A stretch of DNA of 24,000 bases from Clostridiaceae bacterium (GTDB lineage Bacteria; Bacillota; Clostridia; DSM-8532): positions 6,872 through 30,871 of the forward strand of contig JAAYFY010000003.1 of assembly GCA_012728015.1 (NCBI GenBank), given 5' to 3'. Below the pieces are notes generated by a model that was not told the DNA's origin, ran no database searches, and saw only the letters and a list, made by a program, of their open reading frames with translations. Both the position numbers and the translations under genes were made by a program. This document shows positions 23,779-24,000 of this stretch, piece after piece. The first letter of the stretch is position 1. Each line of letters starts with the position of its first letter.

Positions 23779-24000
23779 TTACTTGATCCGGACCCCGTAT
23801 ATTTTCGGCGTGTATGACCCCACGACGATCATATCGTTATAAACCGCCGGGGAAGATTCTATGTTCCTCCCAAGGCTGATGACATCAAGGTCCTTCCCGG
23901 TCCTGGGATCGAAAAGGTGCATATCGCCGTTATAGTCGCAGAAAACAGCGTAGGTCTTTCCATCGTTTGCCCGGAATGCCACCGGGGAACTCCAGCTGTA
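23779..24000 (-). CDS. 3' end of a second PQQ-like beta-propeller paralog, truncated by the window edge
   Basis: The C-terminal 64 aa (..DGKTYAVFCDYNGDMHLFDPRTGKDLDVISLGRNIESSPAVYNDMIVVGSYTPKIYGVRIK) are about 75% identical to the C-terminus of the downstream gene (48 of 64 by eye). The gap to that gene is 48 nt, so they probably form one operon. Confidence 0.8.
   Translation of the reverse strand, partial: YSWSSPVAFRANDGKTYAVFCDYNGDMHLFDPRTGKDLDVISLGRNIESSPAVYNDMIVVGSYTPKIYGVRIK

Noticed and set aside
1-24000. Scan for tRNA or rRNA genes, CRISPR arrays, transposase or integrase genes, toxin-antitoxin pairs and known defence-system genes
   Set aside because: I saw no periodic repeat-spacer structure and no cloverleaf-like intergenic segments. 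No ORFs carry recombinase, nuclease or defence signatures, and every large ORF is accounted for by the housekeeping or signalling functions listed.

Overview
This 24 kb window most likely comes from a spore-forming Firmicute of the Clostridia. The evidence is abrB, spmA and spmB, Pro/Thr linkers, and roughly 50% GC judged by eye. Most of it is ordinary chromosomal content. In order, it holds: the acidic, Pro-rich C-terminal tail of a truncated gene; a divergent pair made of an SDR oxidoreductase and a serine-palmitoyltransferase-like alpha-oxoamine synthase; abrB; spmA-spmB; a three-gene NitT/TauT-type ABC importer; an NCS2 (AzgA-type) purine permease; an OmpR-type response regulator, histidine kinase and HtrA protease module; an agr-type quorum-sensing locus; a single-chain FGAM synthase (purL); an M14 carboxypeptidase lipoprotein; and two tandem, membrane-anchored PQQ-like beta-propeller paralogs, the second running off the window. 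The agr locus consists of agrB, a 56-codon agrD that is absent from the supplied ORF track, a LytTR regulator and an HPK10-type kinase. The observations most worth a second look are listed here. (1) The PurL glutaminase domain has Gly where the catalytic Cys nucleophile is expected, while the synthetase motifs look intact. (2) The agr locus carries the unannotated AgrD propeptide, a pair of 15-bp direct repeats with 21-bp spacing upstream of agrB, and a structured 3' UTR. (3) An SPT-like synthase paired with an SDR is unexpected in a clostridial context. (4) A roughly 90-bp imperfect palindromic REP-like element lies in the convergent gap near 21.7 kb. I found no tRNA or rRNA genes, CRISPR arrays, transposases, integrases or recognisable defence genes. 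All homology statements rest on by-eye motif recognition, not database searches.
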